DNA of 62,850 bases, the filler included, from Octopus bimaculoides (lineage: Eukaryota), in assembly GCF_001194135.2 (NCBI RefSeq). It is 6 parts of 5 records of this genome, joined end to end, with 100 filler letters (N's around TTAATTAATTAA, not from the genome) between each part and the next. Parts side by side here need not be neighbours in the genome. Positions count along the whole stretch, not along the records: positions 50,236 to 57,256 come from NC_068985.1; positions 57,357 to 62,850 come from NC_068987.1; 4 more parts are not named here. The stretch is one strand, 5' to 3'. The translations under genes were made by a program, and so were the position numbers. Below are positions 51,659 through 62,850 of the stretch, piece by piece (position 1 is the stretch's first letter; each line of letters opens with the position of its first letter). The notes beneath the pieces are model-generated. The model was not told the DNA's origin, did no database searches, and was given only the letters and a program-made list of their open reading frames with translations.

Positions 51659-53159
51659 AAAGGCACCAATTTCCATGCTTTTCTCTCACTGCACTTTTAC
51701 AGCTTTATTCTTCAAAGTGAAATAACTGTTGCCAATGTTTGCTTAGTCATATAGTCCAGGCCACCACCCGCTTCTAGTTTCATGCGGCTTTCGCTAATTC
51801 TTACCTCAGTATATTGGCTCCCTGGTGAANNNNNNNNNNNNNNNNNNNNNNNNNNNNNNNNNNNNNNNNNNNNNNNNNNNNNNNNNNNNNNNNNNNNNNN
51901 NNNNNNNNNNNNNNNNNNNNNNNNNNNNNNNNNNNNNNNNNNNNNNNNNNNNNNNNNNNNNNNNNNNNNNNNNNNNNNNNNNNNNNNNNNNNNNNNNNNN
52001 NNNNNNNNNNNNNNNNNNNNNNNNNNNNNNNNNNNNNNNNNNNNNNNNNNNNNNNNNNNNNNNNNNNNNNNNNNNNNNNNNNNNNNNNNNNNNNNNNNNN
52101 NNNNNNNNNNNNNNNNNNNNNNNNNNNNNNNNNNNNNNNNNNNNNNNNNNNNNNNNNNNNNNNNNNNNNNNNNNNNNNNNNNNNNNNNNNNNNNNNNNNN
52201 NNNNNNNNNNNNNNNNNNNNNNNNNNNNNNNNNNNNNNNNNNNNNNNNNNNNNNNNNNNNNNNNNNNNNNNNNNNNNNNNNNNNNNNNNNNNNNNNNNNN
52301 NNNNNNNNNNNNNNNNNNNNNNNNNNNNNNNNNNNNNNNNNNNNNNNNNNNNNNNNNNNNNNNNNNNNNNNNNNNNNNNNNNNNNNNNNNNNNNNNNNNN
52401 NNNNNNNNNNNNNNNNNNNNNNNNNNNNNNNNNNNNNNNNNNNNNNNNNNNNNNNNTTTCTCCCAATCCCTTTCTCTTTAGCAGTACCTCGATCTTTTCT
52501 CTGTCTCTCTATGTCTATCCCACTCTCTCTATCTCTCAACCTCTATTATACTTTCTCTATCAATATAGGCGCAACGTACTCTGTGGCAATATGTTTGTTC
52601 CGGGTTCATTCTCACTGCACGGTACCTTGGGCCAGCATTTTCTACTCTAGCCTAAGGAAACTTAAACTTGAAAGTCGGAAACTGAAAGAAGCCTCTCGCA
52701 TGCATATCTATATATGTGTGTGTGTGTTTATTTGTGTCTGTGTTTGCCCACAACCACCGCTTGACAACCGATGCTGGTGCGTTTACATCTCCGTAACATA
52801 ACTGTTCGACAAAGACACCGACAGAATATATACCAGGTTTAAATATCTATATATACAAGCTCTGGGGTCGTTTAATTCCATAAAAAACCCCTTTAAGGCG
52901 GTGCCCCAGCATGGCCACAGTCTCATGACTGAAACAAGTAAAAGAGATGAAAGAGAACATACGATGATAGCAGATTCTTCGTATCCGAATACCAAATGGA
53001 AAAGCGACACACAATTAAGTGGTTATATAAACGGCCCTTAACGCTCCAAAGCTTTTCTTCCTGTCTGCTCTTACTAGTTTTAAAGTGTGAGTCGGTGGGC
53101 ACTATCCGATCCCACTCTTTAGAACAGAGCTTTGAACATAATGGCTTATCGGATTAAGA

Positions 53160-53735
53160 CGGCTGCAGTCAAGAGCAAACTGTAGATGTCATACTGTAGC
53201 AGCCTTCTAGGTAAAGTACCTTAAAGGGCTGGAGAGTGTGACATGTCTTAAAGTTGCATGTGTTAAAGTTGCGTGTCAAAGAGGGCATCAGGCTGACTGA
53301 TAGACTTCATTCCTTGATCTGCTATTGAAGTGCCTAGGCCATTTCTACATATTGAGGAGTGTCAGTTATAGGAAGTGTCCGATTTCCATCTGATTTCTTG
53401 CTCATTGGGTCTTTGGTCTTTGCTAAGTTAACTTTAAGACCCTTTGACTCCAGATTTTAATTGCACACCTGGAATTTTCCTTTCTAGTTCTCTTATACAT
53501 TCTGCTATGAGTGCAAGATAATAAGCATATAGTAGTTTCCATAGGCTTCCAGTAATAAATTGCTCTGTTACGGCTTGGAGGACGATGATGAATAGGAGGG
53601 AGCTGAGGAGCGAACCTTGCTGCACACCTACCTGTACCCTAAATTCGTCACTGTATTCAAGACTAACTCTTAACTTAGTAAGAACACACATGTACATGAC
53701 TTGTACAGTTTTCACAAGACATTCGTCTAGACTTT
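53160..53735 (-). mobile_element. RTE LINE RT fragment
   Basis: FRVQVGVQQGSLLSSLLFIIVLQAVTE...LLYA. Confidence 0.9.
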
Positions 53736-53922
53736 CNNNNNNNNNNAGAGCACCAAATCAAAAAACAAAACTAAATAAAATAAGAGACATTTCCTTTCAG
53801 TTTTAAATGAATATTCTTCATTTCAAATAAATACGATATAAGGAAAATGAAATTAACCCTTCATCAGTATATGTGCTCAGATAATTTTTTTCTTTTTTTA
53901 CAGATAACAAAATACGGCTGTC

Positions 53923-55435
53923 ATGCAGATGGTAACAGCACTTCTTTTATCAATCACCATTATTATCTCACTGACATCACTAAACATAGATGCGAAAGAA
54001 CTCGGAAATAATTGTGAAATAAAAATTTCTCCTAATGTCAGTCAAAATTTAGCTCGTTTAGTAAAATCAGGCAAACTGGTTTTCAATTTTGAAGTCCATA
54101 TAACGGATAAAACACTTGATGGACTTCTCAATCCTGTACCACTGGATTATTATGCAAATGCCAGGAAATTCATGTGGATTCCAGATAAAGCAGATGGTTT
54201 AGTAGCGTCACTTTGACTTCTCAATTCATTCATTTAATATATTAGATGTTTACGCTGCTACTCCAAGTATTGTTATCGATATAAATTGTGGGAAACAAAA
54301 TATTCAGAGACACGATGTAATATCTTTGATTTTCGAGGAATTAAAGAGAATCGTATTTATCGATGACTTGCAGATGGGAGAATCTGGATATATGTGCTTT
54401 TTTATAAATTTGTCGCATAATATACAGAAGAACAGCCCTTATACCTTATTAGCATACAGAAGATTGGGTATAAATTGAGAGATACTGAAAAACTATTGCT
54501 GTGAACTACATAAAAACGAAAAACCCACTTATGAACCGAAATCCATTTGTTCTGGAGACATCATTGAAAATAGTATGTTTGTTAATTATGAAAATATTGT
54601 TGGGGCGGTTGTGTGGGCCATATTTCCATTACTTGTTAGTTTTGTATCAAAACTTAAATTACCTTCATATTCCCCAGAACTTAACCAGCAACAATTAGCT
54701 AACGATGAATTCTTATTTAAAATTAACTACACATTGCCATACAAATTAGAATGGAGCAATGACAAACATAATATTTACAGTTTCTCTCATTTTCTATCTT
54801 GGTTATTTTGTTTCCACCATTCCAATTTCTTTGCCTCAAGACTACGAATATTCTTTCTTATTATGTTTCCTCTTTCAGTAATCTTCCTGGACCTTTTCAT
54901 GCATTATTTATTTTTATATGAAACGTTGACAATACTTTTATATGATCGTATTCCGCTGGGTCATCGCGCCTTAATATTAGGTATCGAGGAAGCCTATAAC
55001 AACACAGGTGGTTTTTTCGGGGGTCCCCTAGTTTGGATAATTGGCTATATATTTTTCAACTTTGTTCTCTTCGTTCTTCCCAGTAGTTTAAGTGAGACTA
55101 TCGCTTATAGTACATTACATCAAAGATCAACTTGCACATTTCTCATTCAAAATATCACATTAATAGAGAACTATGGAAATTTAAATATTTCTACACTTGA
55201 AGATTACGATCTACTTTATACGATAATGAAAGCTAATATTTCTACTGCTTTAAACCCAAATTTCTGGTATTTAATAATTTATACTTGGATTAAACGTATA
55301 AAGAAAATTTGTCTTTATTTCTACGGGAGAAATATTTTTAGCCAATTCATATTACTTTGGTTATTTATAACGATTACGATTTTATTACAAAATGCTTGCT
55401 TTCTCCCCCAAATAATCTCTTTTAAGTATCTTTAG
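53923..55435 (+). pseudogene. Disrupted single-coding-exon gene for a signal-peptide, Cys-containing, multi-pass membrane protein of unknown family
   Basis: Strong acceptor (ttttttacag) ends at 53903, 19 nt before the ATG, followed by a hydrophobic leader. A frameshift near 54212 leads into frame 2, which is open to 55435 except for TGA at 54476-54478. At least four hydrophobic segments lie in 54575-55435. Confidence 0.7.
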
Positions 55436-56239
55436 CNNNNNNNNNNNNNNNNNNNNNNNNNNNNNNNNNNNNNNNNNNNNNNNNNNNNNNNNNNNNNNNN
55501 NNNNNNNNNNNNNNNNNNNNNNNNNNNNNNNNNNNNNNNNNNNNNNNNNNNNNNNNNNNNNNNNNNNNNNNNNNNNNNNNNNNNNNNNNNNNNNNNNNNN
55601 NNNNNNNNNNNNNNNNNNNNNNNNNNNNNNNNNNNNNNNNNNNNNNNNNNNNNNNNNNNNNNNNNNNNNNNNNATTTCTACGGGAGAAATATTTTTAGCC
55701 AATTCATATTACTTTGGTTATTTATAACGATTACGATTTTATTACAAAATGCTTGCTTTCTCCCCCAAATAATCTCTTTTAAGTATCTTTAGCTATCTTA
55801 ATAAGTGTCATCAGTGCAGACACATGGACACACCCACACACACATACATCCATCAACTTCACATACGCACGTGCACATACTCCTTGTAACCTTCCCTTCT
55901 TGCACCTTCCATATAAGGGGCTAAAATTGTAGCATCTATGATTACGAAAGTAGATTCATCTAAGGACACTGGTCATGATGGTACACGAGTTGTTTTGCAG
56001 CCAAGAAGCCCTGAGCTTGTCTTCTGTCTATAACTTGCATTTCGTCTTGTTAGAATTATTAATCTATTGTTCCAGTCTTTAAGAATAGTAGGGAATCATC
56101 TGACTTACACATTTATATTCTAATAAGTCTTCTTCCTATGATCAAGAAAATCTTTGAATCTATTATTAAGGCGGCTTTGATCACATACTTTGACTCATCC
56201 GGTCTACTTGCCGATTTTTCATAAGATTTTCGTGCATCT

Positions 56240-56620
56240 AGGTCTGCTGCTGACATTCTCACTGTCATATGAAACCGTTTCTGTCGTTCATTTAACTCTT
56301 CATGTGAAACTAAGGCCAATGCTCATGACTTCTCAAAGATGTTTGAGAAAGTGTGGCACACTGACTCTATGGTCTGCCTGGGCTTTTGATATCAACACTG
56401 TTCTTTCATATCGCGGAATCAAGACCAGCAGTCAAAAACAAAAAAATATTAAAGAAAAATCCAGAAACAAGAGTACAAAGCATGGAGGTTGCTGTCCAAA
56501 ACGCCACAATAGCTATAAGCCGTGATTCGATAAACAGAATTACATAATTCTCATTGTCACGATCAAACTCTTTGGCCCTGGCGTGGACAAAACTGAATCA
56601 CTTCTAACAACAGCTACAAT
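56240..56620 (+). mobile_element. Jockey/CR1-like LINE RT remnant
   Basis: AHDFSKMFEKVWH resembles ALDISKAFDRVWH. Confidence 0.5.
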
Positions 56621-57256
56621 AACAAAAGAGAAGTGATAGAGAAGCACTCCTTCACAGCAGTATATGATCATGTACTTAAGAGGCTGGTGACCAGACGCAG
56701 GCCGAACGACCTATGCACACTTCTTCGAAAGACCCAATACAATATAAATAAATAAAATTAATGAGATAAAGAGTAGTTTCATAACCTGTGAAAATGAAGA
56801 AACTCTGACAAACTGCTCATCTCAATATGAAGGAAACAGCTACCATCCTGAACAAAATGAAACACATATTCTTTCGTAAGACTAACAACGATGTAATATA
56901 CTGCTTAAAGTACATATGGGCAAAGAAGATTGGTTTTAGATAAAACGTGACGTGCGACCTCGATTGTCTACTGTAACCCAAGAGTTCCTCACCGAAGGTT
57001 CTGGAATCTTCAGCTATAACTAATACAATTGTGGAGATACCCAATCAGAAACATGGTGTACCCTAATCAACACATGAAGACTTTTAAACTTTAGATAAAA
57101 ACATTATTGTAATTTATGTCTTTCATCTTTTGAACTTTCTTTGAATTTTGTTGTATTTCTTTCAGTTCTTGTCGTTAATAAATAAACATTATTATTATGT
57201 TGTTTTTTCTTCTTTCTTCAAATTTTCTTCCATATTATTATTATTATTATTATTAT

Positions 57257-57356
57257 NNNNNNNNNNNNNNNNNNNNNNNNNNNNNNNNNNNNNNNNNNNN
57301 TTAATTAATTAANNNNNNNNNNNNNNNNNNNNNNNNNNNNNNNNNNNNNNNNNNNN
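57257..57356. other. Artificial scaffold spacer
   Basis: 44N-TTAATTAATTAA-44N. Confidence 0.97.
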
Positions 57357-57441
57357 CTCATCACCCTTTTTCTCTCTCTTGATGCCTGCTAAACCACACT
57401 GCTTTTCACATAGACAAACTCAGATACATTCTTTATCTTTT

Positions 57442-57496
<55 letters not shown>

Positions 57497-58316
57497 TCTG
57501 TATTTTCTGGTATACAGGTCAACAAAATATATAATGTAAAACATTGTCACTATCTTCCCAAACCCTGCTGCATTTCACATGGAAGTTTTGGTCCTCCAAA
57601 GTCGCCTTGGGTGACTAAGCCAATCTACCACTTTTTATTATAAATTATGGTCTGAAAAATTATATGCTGAAAAATACAGCATGTATTGCACCTTAAGCAA
57701 GTATCTTCTACTATATTCCCAAGCTGACCAAAACATTCTAACTGAATTTGGTAGACAGACTGAAAGACGCTCGTGGTATGTGTGAGTTTGTGTGCGTATG
57801 TGTGTGTGTCTCTCTCTTTCCAATTCTCTTCTTGTCTTGACGTTGAGCACTAATTGTAAACAAACGTCACCATTCTACAAACTGTCATTTATTTGGAATC
57901 TTTTGTGGAAACACATCTAGCCACTATACTGTCTATGCTCAAAGGACCAGGGAAAATCGCCTTGTATAGTAACAATGAAGGTTGGTGACAAGAAGAGCAA
58001 CTGGCTATAGAAAATCTGTCTCAACAAATATCACCTGATCCATGCAAGCACATTAAAAAGATGATCATAAACATACACACGTATGTACGTACGTACGTAT
58101 GTATGTATGTATGTATGTATGCATGCATGCATGTATATTTCTATTAGATATACACATAACCGATCAAGAACAGAATCTAGATGCAAGATATCTGATCTGA
58201 ACTACAAACTGTCCAAGCAAATCAACATAATAAAAAAGAAACATAAAAATAAAGGTAAAATAGCCAAACTAACCATGGAATTATTTCTTTCAAAAATAGG
58301 GAACTGAAAATCTTAC

Positions 58317-59638
58317 CTATTGGAATAACTAGATGCATTTCTAGCACGTGGATTTGTGACAACTGGAGACAACCTATCTGGGAGTCGGTGAAAATTACCG
58401 CAATCTTGTAAAGGTGGCGAAACAGATGATGTTTTAGGGACGAATGGTGTTGAAGGATGGAAAGAAGGCATTTCAGATGGGTGAGAACGCCTTTGATTCA
58501 GCTGTGGAGCTGTGACATGATTAAAAGCTGCAGGCAGAGGATGCAATTTCTTTTCATATTTATTGGGTATGGACTTTGGTCGCACACCTTTGGAATAAGA
58601 GTCAATAAAAACTGCATCAAGTGCTGTTGGACTTGAGTGAAGAGGAGTGTGGCTAGAAGGCAATGTCTTACAATCAGACATGTTCTTCTGAAAATGGTCT
58701 TTGGTTGAAGGAGGGGGTACAGATTTGGTTAAATAAGGAGTTAATGTAGTCAGCTTCATCAATTTTGATGTCTGACTGTTCGCAGATGGAGTTTGTCTCC
58801 CAATCTCAGAATTCTGAGGACTATGTCTGTTTGCAGATGGCATTTGTCTGCCAACCTCAGAATTCTGAGGACTATGTCTGATGGAGGCTGCAAATGAAGA
58901 GTGAGTTCTTTCTGGAGGGACAGGAGGGGCTTTGTATGAAGGCACATAGTCCTGTAATATTACAGATAATGGTGGACGGTCTTTACGTTTCTGTGATGAA
59001 ACTATTACAGTGCCCTGACCAGACACATTGGTTTGCATTCCTCTGTATTTTGGCCAGGTACCACTATTTTCATGTTCAAGTTCTTTTTTCTTACGACCAT
59101 TGTAATTCTCTTGCTCATTCAACATGGTGTTAAATTCTGCAATTACTTTGTCTTCATCAGTTTGAGCTGCATTTCTTTCTTGCTTATCAATGTATTTACT
59201 ATGACGACCTTTTTTGAAAAAGTCCCATGCTTTCTCTAAAAGCTTGTCAGATGCACTGTGTCGGCTTTTATTTTCAGATTCCTTTTGATGTGAAGATTTG
59301 TTGCTTTTCCTATGTGGAGGTTGTGGACTGTCCAAACTGTCAGTCTGGGAACCACTGTGCCGAACACTTCTACTGTCTTTGCTTTCTTCTAAGCCACTAT
59401 CCCAAAGGTGATCTTTATCTGCTTCATTGCAGGAATGATCAGAGGTTGCAGCAGAAATTACAGATTGTTCATGCAATGATCTAATCATGGTTTGGCAGAT
59501 AGGTGTTGGAGAAGAACCAGTTGAATTGGCAGGGGAGGCAGTCTGTCGCCAAATTTCTAACATTATCATTTCTCCACATGTCTGTAATATTTTGGTTACT
59601 TCAGAAGCAGACATACAATCAATGTTCTGACCATTAAT
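58317..59638 (-). CDS. DLG5: Large internal exon of Discs large 5: end of a PDZ domain plus a long Ser/Pro-rich linker
   Basis: 1322 nt open frame, cattttag acceptor, GTAAGA donor. Starts INGQNIDCMSASEVTKILQTCGEMIMLEIWRQ (PDZ C-terminus) and contains DKVIAEFNTML and ENSGTWPK, resembling DLG5 linker motifs as recalled. Confidence 0.82.
58779..58880 (-). repeat. 51-bp (17-aa) tandem duplication inside the DLG5 exon
   Basis: RHSPQNSEVGRQMPSAN / RHSPQNSEIGRQTPSAN. Confidence 0.95.
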
Positions 59639-60149
59639 CTAAAATGGAACAAAAAAAAAATAAAACAACATTAAACCAACATGATTTTATTTATTAATAT
59701 GAGTAATATCTAATTCAATATAACTGTTCATAGTTACTGTGTTTTAGACACCAAAGTGTGTTAGTAGTAACTGGTAAAATTTATTCTTTAAAGCAGACAT
59801 AGGCAACCTTTTACGAGAAACGCACTGCATAAGGCATAGCCATAGCTCATCAGGCAGGCCACACTGCTAAAAAAAATTAAAGGTAATTGTTCATTAGGCA
59901 TACCATTTAGAGAGACCTGCAGGCTGCATGTGGATTTACGTTAAAGCAATCAGTGATTTACTAAAATTGAAACTAGTATTATCTGAAGTAAATCTAATAA
60001 CAAAGCCAAAGAAAATTAATGTGTGGGGTGTGTGTGTGTGTGTGTGTGTGTACACTGGTGTGACTGTGAATAAGAAACTTGCTTCCCAACCATGTGGTCT
60101 TGGGCTCAACCCCACTGCACACACACATTCTTAAACAAGAATATTGTTG

Positions 60150-60880
60150 ACAGTGACTACAAAGTTTTGGCCAGTTATGCCATCATCAGACTCTAATGCA
60201 TTAGAGTAAATTTTGGCTTTATATAATCTCTGTTGTGCCAGTTGATGCTAAACAGAGTACTTTTTCATTTTTAACTGCCATATATGTTTACATAATGATG
60301 TATCTTTTTCCTGCTTGAGTTGTGAAAAGTGTGCATGCATTGGTTGCACCATATCTTGAACTGGTTTGTTGTAGCTCCTGTATATGTAGATATAGTATCT
60401 GGTGTGGTATTCGTGGTTACCATTGTGTTATATATGGTATTTTTTGAGAGACAGTTTCCTTCCAGAGGGCAGAATGAAGGTGTTCTTACTTGGCTGTATG
60501 TGTTTGAGTGGGGTTGTAGTTAGGTTTTAGGGTAGGTTGTTATGGATAAATTTTTATTGATTAAATTTATTGTTTAGAGTTTATTAATATATGTACAGCC
60601 TTGTAAGCAAGTGTGTATGCTTAGGTGTGTTTCTTTGTTAGGTAGGCACAGGATGTGTTAGTGGTTTAGTTATTTTGGGCTTTATTGAATTTGAATATGC
60701 AAGGGCCAGAAGTGTGAAGTCTAGCATTTAAAACCTTAATAACTGGGTGTGTCAACTTTTTTTGTAATGGATTTTTTAGGGGTTCACAAAAGAATGTAAA
60801 TAGGTGGTACATTTTAGTCAGTCAGTTTCTTTACTTGTTCCTGCTGTTATTTAGTGTGTTATTTTTATTTGGAAGGTGGC
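60150..60880 (-). mobile_element. Decayed Penelope (Poseidon-like) element: linker, GIY-YIG and 3' HHR remnant
   Basis: CPLEGNCLSKNTIYNTMVTT, TYTGATTNQFK, SLCKHIWQLK, SINW. Confidence 0.82.
60152..60193 (-). ncRNA. Degenerate hammerhead motif at the 3' end of a Penelope fragment
   Basis: AGT-CTGATGA-T-GGC-ATAACTG-GCC-AAAAC-TTTGTA-GTC-ACT; core G12 appears mutated to A. Confidence 0.5.
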
Positions 60881-60889
60881 AGTTGTTAG

Positions 60890-61497
60890 TCAGGCATATT
60901 ATATTGTGTTTTGTCTACCTTCCTACTTATTAGGACTTTGGTTTTAGCTAGGTTGACTCTAAAGCCCTTCGATTCTAGTCCTTGCTTCCACACCTGAAAC
61001 TTCTCTAGTTCTGATAGTGACTCAGCAATTAATGCAAGGTCATCAGCATAGAGGTGCTCCCAGGGGCATCCTGTCTTGAATTCCTCTGTTATCGCCTGGA
61101 GGACTATGATAAATAGGAGGGGGCTGAGGACAGAACCTTGGTGGACCCCTACCTCTACCCAGAATTCTTCACTGTACTCATTGCCAACCCTCACCTTACT
61201 GACAGCGTCTGTACATGGCTCGCACAGCTCTAACCATTCTTCTATCCCTAGTTTCCTCATTGACCACCAAATAAGGGATCGGGGGACCCTGTTAAAGGCT
61301 TTCTCCATGTCAACGAAAGCCAGGTACAGAGGTTTATCCTTGGCTAGGTATTTCTCCTGCAGCTGTCTTACGAGAAATATAGCATCAGTGGTGCTTTTCT
61401 CTGGCACGAACCCAAACTGCATCTCATCTAAACTGACTCGCTCCCTAATTAGTTGGCCTATGACCCTCTCCATGACTTTCATTACTTGAAGGTCATG
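60890..61497 (-). mobile_element. Well-preserved RTE (BovB-like) RT fragment
   Basis: MQFGFVPEKSTTDAIF, AFVDMEKAFNRVPR, GVHQGSVLSPLLF, LYADDLAL in one open frame. Confidence 0.96.
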
Positions 61498-61506
61498 GAG
61501 CGGGTC

Positions 61507-61537
<31 letters not shown>

Positions 61538-62850
61538 TTAATTTTTATAATAATAATAATAACAATAATAATAATAATAATTATAATTAATTCCAATGCT
61601 AGCTGATCCTACACACTATCCTTCTCAAGTTAGTACAGATTGTTCTACTCCAAGAACAGTAATACTTGAGGAATTATGTAATGCAAAAGTGGATTAAATT
61701 TATTGATCACTTATATAGACCTAACATTATCAAGCAAATTAAATTAATCCTTCTCCATTCTAGTCATTAACTTACATCTTGTTCTAACTTTAATATGGAT
61801 CCTTTGCTATAATTTTATTTCAATAGCAGGCGATATAACACACTAAGCTCCCTTTATCAACACTCATTTTCTTATTTTTCTTATTTTTATTACTTTTTCC
61901 TCTTTGTAAAATAGTTCCATATTCATATAGTTTACGTATATATTTACGTAAATTTTATCGATCTGGTTTTCGAAAGTAATATAATAGAATAAAATAAATG
62001 ATTACTTTCCTTCGTACATCTCTCTCAAATCCAGTTTTAAATTATTCTATTCTCTATCTAGAAATATACTTTAAGATATACTCTTTCTACTCGTACTTAA
62101 CTTCTATATTCTGTCTAAGATTGACTTCTGCTTTTATTAATATACCTTTATGTCATAAAGTAATATATAAGGACGCACGTTTTTTTCTGACAGATAATTC
62201 TGATTTAGTTTAAATATGCATTTAAATATGAATTTAAATATGTATTTATTGCAAATCCATTTCTTCATGTAATTTAATCTTTTATTACTCTATAATATTA
62301 TATTATGTATTGCCGTTTACTTAGGTTAATTACTGTAATTACTATGATACACTATTAATAGTTACTCATATTAACTATTCACATTATAAGCAACTTTATT
62401 GCTACACGTTTATTTACGAAGTTTCACGAACATAAACATGCACTCTAAATACAAATCCACTGGATTATTTCCCTTTTTCTTTCCACTTGCATACATTTTT
62501 TTATCAAACACTTAATTTATTATTTAAAAAATTTTTTGTGGCTTATTATGACTTCTATTTGATTTAAACTCCAATTGTAGCATTCATCACTTTCCTCCTA
62601 ATACTACATCCTGTAACCTAGTGTTCTTATATCTAACGGTCTTTTTAAACTTAGCTATGTAGTGTTCTTCCAAATATGTAATTTTCACTTTCAGTACAAG
62701 TCTTGCATTTAAAGAATGGTTCCCTGAAGAGAAAATTACATGTATAATAACATCTTTTATTTCTTTGGAATAGAGTGCATGTAATTTTCGAAACATGTGT
62801 CGGAATTAAAGGAACTTTATTATAAGCGTCTTGCTCCATTTATTCTTTAT

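Noticed and set aside
55674-55793. 120-bp duplication of 55314-55433
   Set aside because: Exact repeat on either side of an N gap; an unmerged contig overlap.
62587-62839. Two short minus-strand ORFs, one with CKTC
   Set aside because: No recognisable domain or convincing splice context in very AT-rich sequence.

Overview
Eukaryotic, AT-rich, microsatellite- and SINE-dense DNA whose repeat families look like an octopod cephalopod (inferred, not database-checked). The window is not one contiguous locus. Five artificial 100-bp spacers (44 N + TTAATTAATTAA + 44 N) join six segments: 1-16183, 16284-36172, 36273-48291, 48392-50135, 50236-57256 and 57357-62850. Genes: 14 phase-consistent minus-strand exons (1774 nt, about 591 aa) of the central part of UBR4/p600 at 17329-32892; one SAM-domain exon of an SFMBT-like Polycomb gene; one 1.3-kb exon of DLG5; a disrupted single-exon multi-pass membrane protein gene; and two divergently oriented 5S rRNA copies. 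The rest is mostly transposons: RTE LINEs and their tails, two Penelope-like elements, two mariners, a composite palindromic hAT-type element, R4/Dong- and HERO-like fragments and several tRNA-SINE families. The most notable signal is a set of minimal hammerhead-ribozyme motifs of the Penelope type. One complete motif lies in a ~234-bp retrozyme-like unit (818-860). Others are built into a tRNA-headed SINE family (44013-44058, 41946-41991, 25376-25420), and a decayed one sits at the end of a Penelope fragment (60152-60193). No CRISPR or prokaryotic features. Repeat boundaries are approximate; exon boundaries were read from splice sites.
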